NCBI GenBank assembly: GCA_964593885.1
Contig: CAZQKK010000002.1
Coordinates: forward strand, 84,363-148,362
Length of the DNA: 64,000 nucleotides
From: an uncultured Candidatus Saccharibacteria bacterium
GTDB taxonomy: Bacteria; Patescibacteriota; UBA1384; CAILIB01
Direction: 5' to 3'
Shown: positions 32,756 to 41,330 of the stretch, in pieces
How positions within the stretch are numbered: the stretch's first letter is position 1
Layout of the letters: each line of letters begins with the position of its first letter
The notes under the pieces: model-generated
The model's input: only the letters and a program-made list of their open reading frames with translations
Told to the model about the DNA's origin: nothing
Databases searched by the model: none
Translations under genes and position numbers: made by a program

Positions 32756-34051
32756 ATGCCCTCCATTTTCAATTCAATCGCAAAGTTCTTCCGTCTTCCA
32801 GATCTTAGACGGAAGTTTTTTGTTGTACTTGCCCTCCTTGGCGCTACCAGAATTATCGCCACCATCCCAATTCCTGGGGTAGATAAGGCTCAGCTCGCTA
32901 GTTTCCTCTCAACAAACTCGGTTTTCTCACTCCTCAATGTCTTTACAGGTGGGGGATTAACCAACTTCTCCATCGCCATGATGGGTGTAGGACCTTACAT
33001 TACGTCTTCAATTATCTTCCAGCTCCTCACCATTGTGGTTCCTTCACTTGAGCAGCTCAGTAAAGACGGCGAGTTTGGCCGGAGAAAGATCACCCAGTAT
33101 ACCAGGCTTGCCACCATCCCAATGGGTTTCATCCAGGGATACGGAACCATTACCTTCCTCAAGAACCAGGGCATCATTGACCAGCTCACCCCATGGTTCT
33201 TCATCTTCATGCTCATTGTTGCAGTAGCTGGAACCATGCTCATGGTTTGGATTGGTGAGCTCATCTCAGAGCAAGGTCTCGGAAACGGTCTCTCCATGAT
33301 TATTACCGCAGGTATCGTTTCTCACTTCCCAGCTACCGTAAAGAACCTCTACGACAAGTACAACGGTGCTCCAACTGCTGAACTCCTCCAGGTAGGTGCA
33401 TTTGTTCTCGTGGGCGCCCTCGCTCTCGCCTTCATCATCTTCATGAACGAAGGACAGCGTAACCTCCCGGTTACCTATGCCAGAAGGGTACGGGGGAGTA
33501 AGGTGTATGGCGGTGTAGATACCCACCTTCCTATTAAGGTAAACGCCTCAGGTGTGGTTCCTATCATCTTTGCCATCAGTATGGTGATCTTCCCATCAAT
33601 TATCGCCCAGTTCCTCAAGCAGGCTGACAACGCTTCGGTGGTGAACTTTGCTACAGCAGTTGAGAACTTCTTCAAAAACCAGTGGTACTACTCGGCAATT
33701 TACTTCGTCCTCGTACTCTTCTTCACCTACTTCTACACCTTCATTATCTTCCAGCCTAAGCAAATTGCTGAGAACCTTCAGAAGCAGGGCGGCTACATTC
33801 CGGGTATTAGGCCAGGGGAAGACACAGAGCTCTACCTCACCAAGATCATCCAACGCCTTACCTTTGCCGGAGCCCTCTTCCTCGGTATTGTTGCGGTACT
33901 CCCAAACCTCACCCAAGCTATCACCGGTGTGTCTACCCAGACCCTCAACCTCGGTGGAACCAGCCTCCTGATCGTAGTTGCAGTTGTCCTTGAGAGCATG
34001 CGACAGATCAAGGCTCAGCTCATCACCAGAACCTACGACACCTACCTGTAA
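32756..34051 (+). CDS. secY: Preprotein translocase SecY.
   Basis: 10-TM protein in the canonical post-L15 position; MMGVGPYITSSIIFQLL. Confidence 0.95.
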   Translation: MPSIFNSIAKFFRLPDLRRKFFVVLALLGATRIIATIPIPGVDKAQLASFLSTNSVFSLLNVFTGGGLTNFSIAMMGVGPYITSSIIFQLLTIVVPSLEQLSKDGEFGRRKITQYTRLATIPMGFIQGYGTITFLKNQGIIDQLTPWFFIFMLIVAVAGTMLMVWIGELISEQGLGNGLSMIITAGIVSHFPATVKNLYDKYNGAPTAELLQVGAFVLVGALALAFIIFMNEGQRNLPVTYARRVRGSKVYGGVDTHLPIKVNASGVVPIIFAISMVIFPSIIAQFLKQADNASVVNFATAVENFFKNQWYYSAIYFVLVLFFTYFYTFIIFQPKQIAENLQKQGGYIPGIRPGEDTELYLTKIIQRLTFAGALFLGIVAVLPNLTQAITGVSTQTLNLGGTSLLIVVAVVLESMRQIKAQLITRTYDTYL

Positions 34052-34647
34052 TGCTGCTACCAAACCTACACATCCTCGGTATTCAGGGAAGTGGTAAGGG
34101 GACTCAGGTTGCAGAGTTGGTAAAGCAGTACGGATTCACCCCAATATCTACAGGGGAACTGTTCCGCCAGAGAGCAAAGGTTGAAGACGCTTATGGTGAG
34201 TACGTCAAACGTCACCTTGAAGAAGGAGAGCTTCTCACCGCAGAAGACCTCGTTCAAATCCTTGAGAACTACCTCCAGACCACCCCAATCGCTACAGGTA
34301 TTTTGGGCGATGGGGTACTGAGAACCGTAGAACAGTGGGAGAAGCTGGCAACACTCTGGCCTCAGTACAAGCTAGGTGAGCCCATGCTCATTTTCCTCAG
34401 CCTCTCAGAGGTAACTGCACGAGAGCGAATTGCCAAGCGTCACGGCCTGGAGGGACGCACCGATGACCTCCCAAAAGCAACCGAAAGGCGCCTCCAGCTC
34501 TTCCACGAGAAAACTATGCCAGTAGTTGAGCTCTTTCAGTCACACAACCGCTGCGTCACCATTGATGCTTCACAAGAAGTTGCCAAAGTTACGTCAGAAA
34601 TTACCAACGCCATTCACACCTTTTTCCCAGAGTTTGCTGCCAAATGA
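34051..34647 (+). CDS. adk: Adenylate kinase (divergent P-loop).
   Basis: ILGIQGSGKGTQ P-loop, a short LID, and the post-secY position. Confidence 0.7.
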   Translation: MLLPNLHILGIQGSGKGTQVAELVKQYGFTPISTGELFRQRAKVEDAYGEYVKRHLEEGELLTAEDLVQILENYLQTTPIATGILGDGVLRTVEQWEKLATLWPQYKLGEPMLIFLSLSEVTARERIAKRHGLEGRTDDLPKATERRLQLFHEKTMPVVELFQSHNRCVTIDASQEVAKVTSEITNAIHTFFPEFAAK

Positions 34648-35408
34648 GTTTGATCAAAACCCCCAAAGAAATCTCCAGCCTCCGAAAAGGTGGCAAGCTT
34701 CTCGGCGAAGTCCTCGCTGAAGCTGCTGCTGTGGCGAAACCTGGGGCAACCCTGCTTGAGATCGAAGCTGTCATTGCTGCGTCCATCAAAGCAAAAGGGG
34801 CTAAGCCATCTTTCCTTGGCTTTGATGACTACCCAATGACCTCATGCCTCTCGGTTAACGATGAGCTTGTGCACGGTCTTCCTCGCCCCATCGCATTGAA
34901 AGAAGGGGATATCCTCGGAATTGACGTAGGACTCTGGTACGAAGGCCTCTGCGTAGACTCTGCCATAACCGTTGCAGTAGGAAATATCGCTCCAGAGACC
35001 CAGAGGCTCCTCGATGTTACCCAGGCTGCTCTCGTAGCTGGAATTAAGGCCATCAAACCCTTCCGCAAGGTTGGTGCAATTGGCGCTGCGGTTCAGGCAG
35101 TAGGGGAGGCGGCGAACCTGGGTATTGTCAGGGTACTCACTGGTCACGGGGTAGGGCACGCGGTACATGAAGAGCCGAGCATCCCAAACCTGGCAAAACC
35201 AACCGACGGCATCCTCCTTCGTCCAGGTATGGTACTGGCAATTGAACCTATGTTTACCCTGGGTGGACCTGATGTGGTAACTGATGTAGATGGGTGGACA
35301 ATTCGTACCCGCGATGGGTCACTTTCGGCCCAATTTGAGCACACCATTGTGGTCACGAGTAGGGGTGCAGAGATTCTGACTAGCAGACCCTTGCACCAGA
35401 TAACGTAA
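34644..35408 (+). CDS. map: Methionine aminopeptidase type I.
   Basis: Pita-bread fold with metal ligands in [30 protein letters not shown] and EPMFT. Confidence 0.9.
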   Translation: MSLIKTPKEISSLRKGGKLLGEVLAEAAAVAKPGATLLEIEAVIAASIKAKGAKPSFLGFDDYPMTSCLSVNDELVHGLPRPIALKEGDILGIDVGLWYEGLCVDSAITVAVGNIAPETQRLLDVTQAALVAGIKAIKPFRKVGAIGAAVQAVGEAANLGIVRVLTGHGVGHAVHEEPSIPNLAKPTDGILLRPGMVLAIEPMFTLGGPDVVTDVDGWTIRTRDGSLSAQFEHTIVVTSRGAEILTSRPLHQIT

Positions 35409-35472
35409 TGTGGTACTGTTGTTAGGAACCTTCTTGGCAAGGCATTTTTCTTCTGATTTACGTAAGTTTTCA

Positions 35473-35769
35473 ATGGCAAAAGACGTCATACGGCTAAACG
35501 GTGAAGTTACTGAAGCTTTGCCAAACACACTATTTCGTGTGGAGCTAGAAAACGGCCATCAGGTTCTCGCTCATCTGTCAGGTAAGATGCGCCTTCACTA
35601 CATCAAAGTTCTCCCTGGAGACTGGGTTACCGTGGAGCTCACACCTTATGACCTTGAGAAGGGTCGTATCGCTACGCGTTTGTCACCAGATGAGTCACGT
35701 GCCTTAAGTAAAGCTAAAGAAGAGCGCCTTGCAGCTGCAGCCGCCGCTAACGAAGATAGTATCCAATGA
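35473..35769 (+). CDS. infA: Translation initiation factor IF-1 with an Ala/Lys-rich C-terminal extension of about 25 aa.
   Basis: [40 protein letters not shown] (S1-like OB fold); the ATG at 35473 was confirmed by reading the sequence. Confidence 0.85.
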   Translation: MAKDVIRLNGEVTEALPNTLFRVELENGHQVLAHLSGKMRLHYIKVLPGDWVTVELTPYDLEKGRIATRLSPDESRALSKAKEERLAAAAAANEDSIQ

Positions 35770-35879
35770 AAGTATCAGCTTCCGTCAAAAAACGCTGCCT
35801 GAAGTGCCGCATCATCAAACGCAAAGGTATCGTGCGTGTTCTCTGTGAGAACCCACGTCACAAGCAGCGTCAAGGTTAA
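35766..35879 (+). CDS. rpmJ: 50S ribosomal protein L36 (37 aa). It is absent from the ORF track and was found by reading the sequence.
   Basis: [37 protein letters not shown], a C-x2-C...C-x4-H zinc ribbon. Its ATG overlaps the infA stop, giving ATGA. Confidence 0.9.
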   Translation: MKVSASVKKRCLKCRIIKRKGIVRVLCENPRHKQRQG

Positions 35880-35888
35880 TCATCCACT

Positions 35889-36275
35889 ATGCCACGTATC
35901 GCTGGAGTCACTATTCCTTCTGAAAAGCGCATTGAGGTAAGCCTCACCTACATTTATGGTGTTGGACCAACTCGTAGTCGCAAGATGCTTGCTGATCTCA
36001 AGATCGACCCTAACACCAGGGCTCACGCTCTCACTGAAGCTCAGCTAGACGCCATCCGTGGCGCTATTGAGAAGTCAGGTACCGTTGAGGGTGATCTCCG
36101 TCGTGAGATTCAGGGTAACATCAAGCGCCTCCGTGATATCAACAGCTACGTTGGTACCCGTCACGCCAAGCGTCTCCCAGTTCACGGACAACGCACCAAA
36201 ACAAACGCCCGCACCCGTAGGGGTAAGCGCGTTACCGTTGGAAGCGGACGCAAACCTACTGCAACTAAGACATAA
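35889..36275 (+). CDS. rpsM: 30S ribosomal protein S13.
   Basis: MPRIAGVTIPSEKRIEVSLTYIYGVG. Confidence 0.95.
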   Translation: MPRIAGVTIPSEKRIEVSLTYIYGVGPTRSRKMLADLKIDPNTRAHALTEAQLDAIRGAIEKSGTVEGDLRREIQGNIKRLRDINSYVGTRHAKRLPVHGQRTKTNARTRRGKRVTVGSGRKPTATKT

Positions 36276-36283
36276 GCATTCCT

Positions 36284-36688
36284 ATGGCTGAACCGAAAGC
36301 AAAGAGTACAGCGACGCGTAAGCGTAAGGCCGTTCGCAAGAACGTTGGTCTTGGAGTGGTCTACGTACTCTCCAGCTTCAACAATACCCAGGTTTCAATG
36401 ACCGATAGTACCGGTAACGTCCTCGCATGGGGAACTGCAGGTTCTAACGGATTCAAAGGAGCTCGCAAGTCTACTCCTTACGCTGCAACCCAGGTTGCTA
36501 CCAACGTACTTGAGAAGATCAAGCCAATGGGCATTACCCACGTCGAGATTAGGGTGTCAGGTATTGGCGCCGGTCGTGATGCAGCACTCCGTGCCTTCGC
36601 AACCAGCGGACTCACCGTTCACACTGTCAGAGACATTACCCCACTACCACACAACGGCTGCAGGCCTCGTAAGGCTCGTCGCGTCTAA
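36284..36688 (+). CDS. rpsK: 30S ribosomal protein S11.
   Basis: GVVYVLSSFNNTQVSMTD...PHNGCRPRKARRV. Confidence 0.95.
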   Translation: MAEPKAKSTATRKRKAVRKNVGLGVVYVLSSFNNTQVSMTDSTGNVLAWGTAGSNGFKGARKSTPYAATQVATNVLEKIKPMGITHVEIRVSGIGAGRDAALRAFATSGLTVHTVRDITPLPHNGCRPRKARRV

Positions 36689-36696
36689 CCTCTACC

Positions 36697-37293
36697 ATGG
36701 CACGATACACCGGACCAAAAATCAAGATTTCACGACGCTTCGGCGTTAAGCTCGGTCTTCGCACAAACGAAGAGGCTTTCACACGTCGCCCCTACAAACC
36801 AGGTCAGCACGGCCCATCTGGTCGTCGCCCACGTGTCACAGAGTACGGCACCCAGCTCCAAGAGAAGCAGAAGGCTAAGTACATCTACGGCATCCTTGAG
36901 CGTCAGTTCCACAAGTACTACGTAGCTGCTGCTAAAGAGCAGAACGTTGGACTTGCCCTCATGCAGCTCCTTGAGACTCGCCTAGACACCGTTGTCTACC
37001 GCGCAGGTTACGCCCTTACCCAAAACCAGGCACGTCAGTTCGTTACTCACGGACACGTTCAGGTTGACGGCAAGAAGGTGAGCATTCCTTCATTCAAGGT
37101 TCTTCCAGGAATGAAAGTATCTCTCGATAAAGACCTCCTTGAGCTTGTTGTTTCACAGCGTGGTACTGACGCTGTCATCCCTTCATGGATCACCGTTGGC
37201 TCAAAAGCCGCCGAGGTAGCTTCGCTCCCGGTTCGTGAAGACATTACCCCCCTTATTAATGAGCAGCTAATTGTTGAGTACTACTCACGGTAG
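36697..37293 (+). CDS. rpsD: 30S ribosomal protein S4.
   Basis: MARYTGPKIKISRRFG..., S4 domain. Confidence 0.95.
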   Translation: MARYTGPKIKISRRFGVKLGLRTNEEAFTRRPYKPGQHGPSGRRPRVTEYGTQLQEKQKAKYIYGILERQFHKYYVAAAKEQNVGLALMQLLETRLDTVVYRAGYALTQNQARQFVTHGHVQVDGKKVSIPSFKVLPGMKVSLDKDLLELVVSQRGTDAVIPSWITVGSKAAEVASLPVREDITPLINEQLIVEYYSR

Positions 37294-37328
37294 TACCAAC
37301 ACAGCATAACGAAGGAGAATCTCCCCAA

Positions 37329-38264
37329 ATGGAACAGATTATCCAGCCAGCTACATCCACCATCCAAGAAACCGATGCTCGGGGCAGTTTTGCCATTGAG
37401 CCTATGTTTCCAGGGTACGGATCAACGCTCGGAAACGCACTGCGCCGTGTTCTTCTCTCATCTCTAGAAGGTGCAGCCGTTGATCACGTTGTTATCGAAG
37501 GTGTACAGCACGAGTTCAGCAACCTCCCAAACGTTACTGAAGACGTTGTACAGATTCTCCTCAACCTCAAGGGTCTCAGGTTCAAACTGAGCACCGATAC
37601 CGCCGAGCTTTCACTCAATGTTTCAGGACCTGCTACCGTTACCGGTAAGGACTTCGCAGCAAATGGTGACTGTTCTGTTGTTAACACAGACCACGTTATT
37701 GCAACCCTCGGAAAGGGTGGCAAGCTCTCAATGCGCATTGGAGTTAAGCGAGGTCAGGGTTACGAGCCTGTAGAGAAGAAGGTAGACCGCGAGAAGGTTG
37801 TTGGTGTTATCACCACAGACAGCATATTCTCACCAGTTGTTGCCGTTTCCTACAAGGTTGAGAACACCCGCGTTGGTCAGATGACCAACTTCGACAAGCT
37901 CGTTCTGGACATCCAGACCGACGGAAGCATCCTCCCAAGCGATGCTCTCAAGCAGGCTGCTGCCATCCTCACCAACCAGTACCAGGCCATCAGCGGCATG
38001 GATATTGCCCCTGTTGAAGCTGCAGTTGCTACTGAAGAGCTCACTGTTACCGATGATGCCATCCTGATCCTCCAGAACCTCGATCCAAAAACCAAGGTTG
38101 AAGATGCAGGCTTCACTGGGCGAACCGCTCACGCGCTCACCTCAGCTGGCTACAAGACCCTTTCCGGTCTCAAGCGCCTCTCAGACATCAAGCTCCAGGG
38201 CATCAAAGGCCTCGGCGCTAAGGGTGTAGAAGAGGTAAAGACCATTCTTTCCCGCGTACCGTAA
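37329..38264 (+). CDS. rpoA: RNA polymerase alpha subunit.
   Basis: FAIEPMFPGYGSTLGNALRRVLLSSLEGAAV; alpha-CTD. Confidence 0.95.
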   Translation: MEQIIQPATSTIQETDARGSFAIEPMFPGYGSTLGNALRRVLLSSLEGAAVDHVVIEGVQHEFSNLPNVTEDVVQILLNLKGLRFKLSTDTAELSLNVSGPATVTGKDFAANGDCSVVNTDHVIATLGKGGKLSMRIGVKRGQGYEPVEKKVDREKVVGVITTDSIFSPVVAVSYKVENTRVGQMTNFDKLVLDIQTDGSILPSDALKQAAAILTNQYQAISGMDIAPVEAAVATEELTVTDDAILILQNLDPKTKVEDAGFTGRTAHALTSAGYKTLSGLKRLSDIKLQGIKGLGAKGVEEVKTILSRVP

Positions 38265-38273
38265 CCAAGACCC

Positions 38274-38726
38274 ATGTCTGTCATTAAGCTTGGCCGAAAA
38301 ACTGGCCCACGAAACCGAATGCTCCGAAACTTGGCCACAAGCCTCGTTCTCTACGAGCGTGTCCTGACCACTGAGGCCAAGGCTAAGGCTGCTGCACCAA
38401 AAGTAGAGCGCCTGATCACCCATGCCCGTAAGAACACCATTGCTGGCATGCGCGAGCTGAAAGCAGTTCTCTTCGATATGAACGCTGTAAGGAAGCTCAC
38501 CGAAGACGTAGCCACTCGTCTCGGTAACCGCACCTCTGGCTTCGTAAGAATCACCAAGGCTATGCCACGAAAAGGTGATGGTTCATCTATGGCGTACATG
38601 GAACTCGCCTTCACTCCTCTTGAAGAGGTTGTTGCTGCTGAGACAGGAACTAAAACAAAGGTTCGCAAGGCATCAGCTACCAAATCAACTCCCGAAGAAA
38701 CTCCTGCCGTAGTAGCGGAAGCGTAA
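38274..38726 (+). CDS. rplQ: 50S ribosomal protein L17.
   Basis: GRKTGPRNRMLRNLATSLVLYERVLTTEAKAK. Confidence 0.9.
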   Translation: MSVIKLGRKTGPRNRMLRNLATSLVLYERVLTTEAKAKAAAPKVERLITHARKNTIAGMRELKAVLFDMNAVRKLTEDVATRLGNRTSGFVRITKAMPRKGDGSSMAYMELAFTPLEEVVAAETGTKTKVRKASATKSTPEETPAVVAEA

Positions 38727-38731
38727 ATCAT

Positions 38732-39154
38732 ATGAAGACATCAGCCATCCGAAAACACGAACCACAGTGGTTCATCCTAGATGCAGACAATGCAGTACTA
38801 GGGCGTCTCTCTACTAAGGCAGCAGGAATGCTCCGTGGTAAGCAGAAGCCAGAGTTTGTAAACCACATGGATTGTGGCGACCACGTCGTCATCATCAATG
38901 CTGGCAAAGTAGTACTTACTGGCAACAAGCTTGACCAGAAGAACTACTACCACCACTCTTGGCACCCAGGTGGGCTCAAGACTGTTGCAGCAAAAGACCT
39001 CATGGAAACCGACCCTTCAAAGATTGTTGAGTTTGCCGTGAAGGGAATGCTCCCAAAGAACAAGCTCCAGAATGAGTGGCTCAAGCGCCTCCACGTCTAC
39101 GCGGACGCCAACCACCCTCACCAGGCAAACCTGGTTAACAAGGAATCTAAGTAG
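38732..39154 (+). CDS. rplM: 50S ribosomal protein L13.
   Basis: [25 protein letters not shown]. Confidence 0.95.
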   Translation: MKTSAIRKHEPQWFILDADNAVLGRLSTKAAGMLRGKQKPEFVNHMDCGDHVVIINAGKVVLTGNKLDQKNYYHHSWHPGGLKTVAAKDLMETDPSKIVEFAVKGMLPKNKLQNEWLKRLHVYADANHPHQANLVNKESK

Positions 39155-39155
39155 T

Positions 39156-39536
39156 ATGTCAGAAACAAAAACCTACCACTACGGAACTGGCCGTCGTAAG
39201 ACTGCAGTTGCGCAAGTTCGTCTCTACCCTAAGGGTAACGGTAAGGTAACCGTAAACGAGAAGGTTGTCGCCAAGGCTTCCCCTGAGTACCTTGAGCCTT
39301 TGAAGCTCGTAGGCCAGGCTGACCTTGATATTTCTGCCCACGTATCTGGTGGAGGAACTAAGGGTCAGATTGAGGCAATTCGCCACGGTGTAGCCCGTGC
39401 CCTCGTTGCCATGGACGAAGCTTACCGTACCACCCTCAAAGGTGCTGGTTTCCTCACCCGAGACCCACGTGCCAAGGAGCGAAAGAAGCCAGGTCTCCGC
39501 AGCGCTCGTCGCTCTCCTCAGTGGTCTAAGCGCTAA
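39156..39536 (+). CDS. rpsI: 30S ribosomal protein S9. The ATG at 39156 was chosen; the track ORF starts earlier, inside rplM.
   Basis: [17 protein letters not shown]...[25 protein letters not shown]. Confidence 0.95.
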   Translation: MSETKTYHYGTGRRKTAVAQVRLYPKGNGKVTVNEKVVAKASPEYLEPLKLVGQADLDISAHVSGGGTKGQIEAIRHGVARALVAMDEAYRTTLKGAGFLTRDPRAKERKKPGLRSARRSPQWSKR

Positions 39537-39547
39537 CGCGCCAACCC

Positions 39548-39904
39548 ATGGCAGGTACCGACTACGCCCGAGCTTCTAGAGATCGAGCCGTCGGAATCAA
39601 GGCAGCTCAGCTTGCCGATGCAATCCGGGATTCCCTTGCTGGTCCAATCCAGCAGCGGTGTCCCGGTTTTATTGTATCTGTGACTGGCGTAACCCTCTCA
39701 GAAGACAAGCAGCGAGCCAATGTTTGGGTGAGAACCTACCCGGTAGAGAAGAGTACCGAGGCGCTCCAGGTACTGAAGAAAGCCCAAGGAGCATTGCAGC
39801 GAGAGCTTATCAGGAGCCTCCCCCGTAGAGCTGTGCCTCACATCGAGCTTCGGCAAGACACATCTGTGGAAGCCGAGGAAGAGCTCTCGTCACTCCTACG
39901 CTAA
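39548..39904 (+). CDS. rbfA: Ribosome-binding factor A-like.
   Basis: KH-like RbfA pattern ...FIVSVTGVTLSEDKQRANVWVRTYP...LRSLPRRAVPHIELRQDTS. Confidence 0.55.
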   Translation: MAGTDYARASRDRAVGIKAAQLADAIRDSLAGPIQQRCPGFIVSVTGVTLSEDKQRANVWVRTYPVEKSTEALQVLKKAQGALQRELIRSLPRRAVPHIELRQDTSVEAEEELSSLLR

Positions 39905-39921
39905 TCTGCTAGTGTAGAGAG

Positions 39922-40353
39922 GTGCAACGGCTGGAAACATCAGCTTCGCCTCTCATGCTCTTTACGGTTATCGCCGTAGGTATTGTTGCAGGCGCTGAGC
40001 TTGTCACCACGGTTGCCGCCGTCACACCAGCTGAAGCAAGTCAGGCAGATCTCTGGGTATTCTTCCTCAGTCTCTACGCCCTCTTATCAGCTGCCTCAAC
40101 CCTCATCTGGTACACCATACAGCGGGTGCTCTCAAAGCGCCGGGTAACCACCCCAAGTTTCTTCAGGTGTTTACGACAGGCCATGCTCTTTACGGGGCTT
40201 GCAACTTTCACCCTCTTCCTCAACAGCATCAACGTTTTTCAGGTTTGGGATATCTTTCCTCTCATAGTTGCCGGAATACTAATAGAATTCTTCTTCCAAG
40301 CCGAAAAACGTCCCCACGCACACCTCAGAAATGTCCCTCAAGAACCTCAGTGA
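39922..40353 (+). CDS. Hypothetical membrane protein, about 4 TM helices.
   Basis: Hydrophobic segments VIAVGIVAGA, WVFFLSLYALLSAASTLIWY, MLFTGLATFTLFL and IFPLIVAGILIEFFF. Overlaps the pheS start. Confidence 0.35.
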   Translation: MQRLETSASPLMLFTVIAVGIVAGAELVTTVAAVTPAEASQADLWVFFLSLYALLSAASTLIWYTIQRVLSKRRVTTPSFFRCLRQAMLFTGLATFTLFLNSINVFQVWDIFPLIVAGILIEFFFQAEKRPHAHLRNVPQEPQ

Positions 40354-41329
40354 AATTCGCCAGTACGTAGCAACATCTCTCGATAAGGGAGATAGTGCTA
40401 GCGATGTGTACGAGGCTGTTCTTGGGCGCAAGGGAATGCTCAGAGAGTTCCTCCAGAGCCTCAAAGAGCTAGACGGCAAAGAGCGCGCAGCAGCAGGGGC
40501 TTCGGCCCAGGCACTCAGGGAAGAGCTTGAAAACAAGCTTCGCCCCACAGCAACTGAAACACACCACGAAACCAAGACAAACCTAGATTGGAGCATCCCA
40601 TTCTCACCAGTTGAGCAGGGGAGCATTCACCCCGTCTCTGCCATGATCGAGGAAATGGTTGGAATCTTTTCAGAGCTCTCATTTGAGGTTGCCGAAGGCC
40701 ATGAGCTCGTCTCTGACATTGAGAACTTCCAGTACCTCAACATGGGCACCGACCACCCAGCAAGAGATGGACACGACTCTTTCTACGTCACCGATTCGCT
40801 CCTCATGCGCACCCACACCACTGCGGTACAGGTGCTTGAGATGCAGAAGCGCCACAAGCTGCAACAACTGCCAATTAGGGTAGTAGTACCTGGGAAAACC
40901 TACCGTAGAGAGTCAGACCAGACCCACTCTGCCATGTTCCACCAGTTTGACGCAGTAGTTGTGGACACCCAGACCACTTTCGCAGACCTCAAAGGTTGCT
41001 TGGACTACTTCGCCAAGCGTCTCTTTGGCGATACCGTTGAAACCAGGTTCAGACCACACCACTTCCCATTCACTGAGCCAAGCGCCGAGATGGACATCAA
41101 GCTCAAGCACGCTACAGGCGAAGGTAAGCACACCAACTGGCTGGAGTTTGGCGGCTGTGGCATGATCCACCCCGAAGTCCTCAAGCAGGCCGGCCTCAAC
41201 CCAAAGATCTACCGTGGGTGGGCTTTTGGCATGTCAGTAGAACGCCCAGTAATGCTCAGGTACCAAATCCCAGATCTCAGGCTGTTGTTTAGTAACAACC
41301 CAGAGTTCCTCAATCAGTTCAAAGCCTAA
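40331..41329 (+). CDS. pheS: Phenylalanine--tRNA ligase alpha subunit.
   Basis: Class II motifs; FPFTEPSAEMDI and GCGMIHPEVL. Confidence 0.95.
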   Translation: MSLKNLSEIRQYVATSLDKGDSASDVYEAVLGRKGMLREFLQSLKELDGKERAAAGASAQALREELENKLRPTATETHHETKTNLDWSIPFSPVEQGSIHPVSAMIEEMVGIFSELSFEVAEGHELVSDIENFQYLNMGTDHPARDGHDSFYVTDSLLMRTHTTAVQVLEMQKRHKLQQLPIRVVVPGKTYRRESDQTHSAMFHQFDAVVVDTQTTFADLKGCLDYFAKRLFGDTVETRFRPHHFPFTEPSAEMDIKLKHATGEGKHTNWLEFGGCGMIHPEVLKQAGLNPKIYRGWAFGMSVERPVMLRYQIPDLRLLFSNNPEFLNQFKA

Positions 41330-41330
41330 G

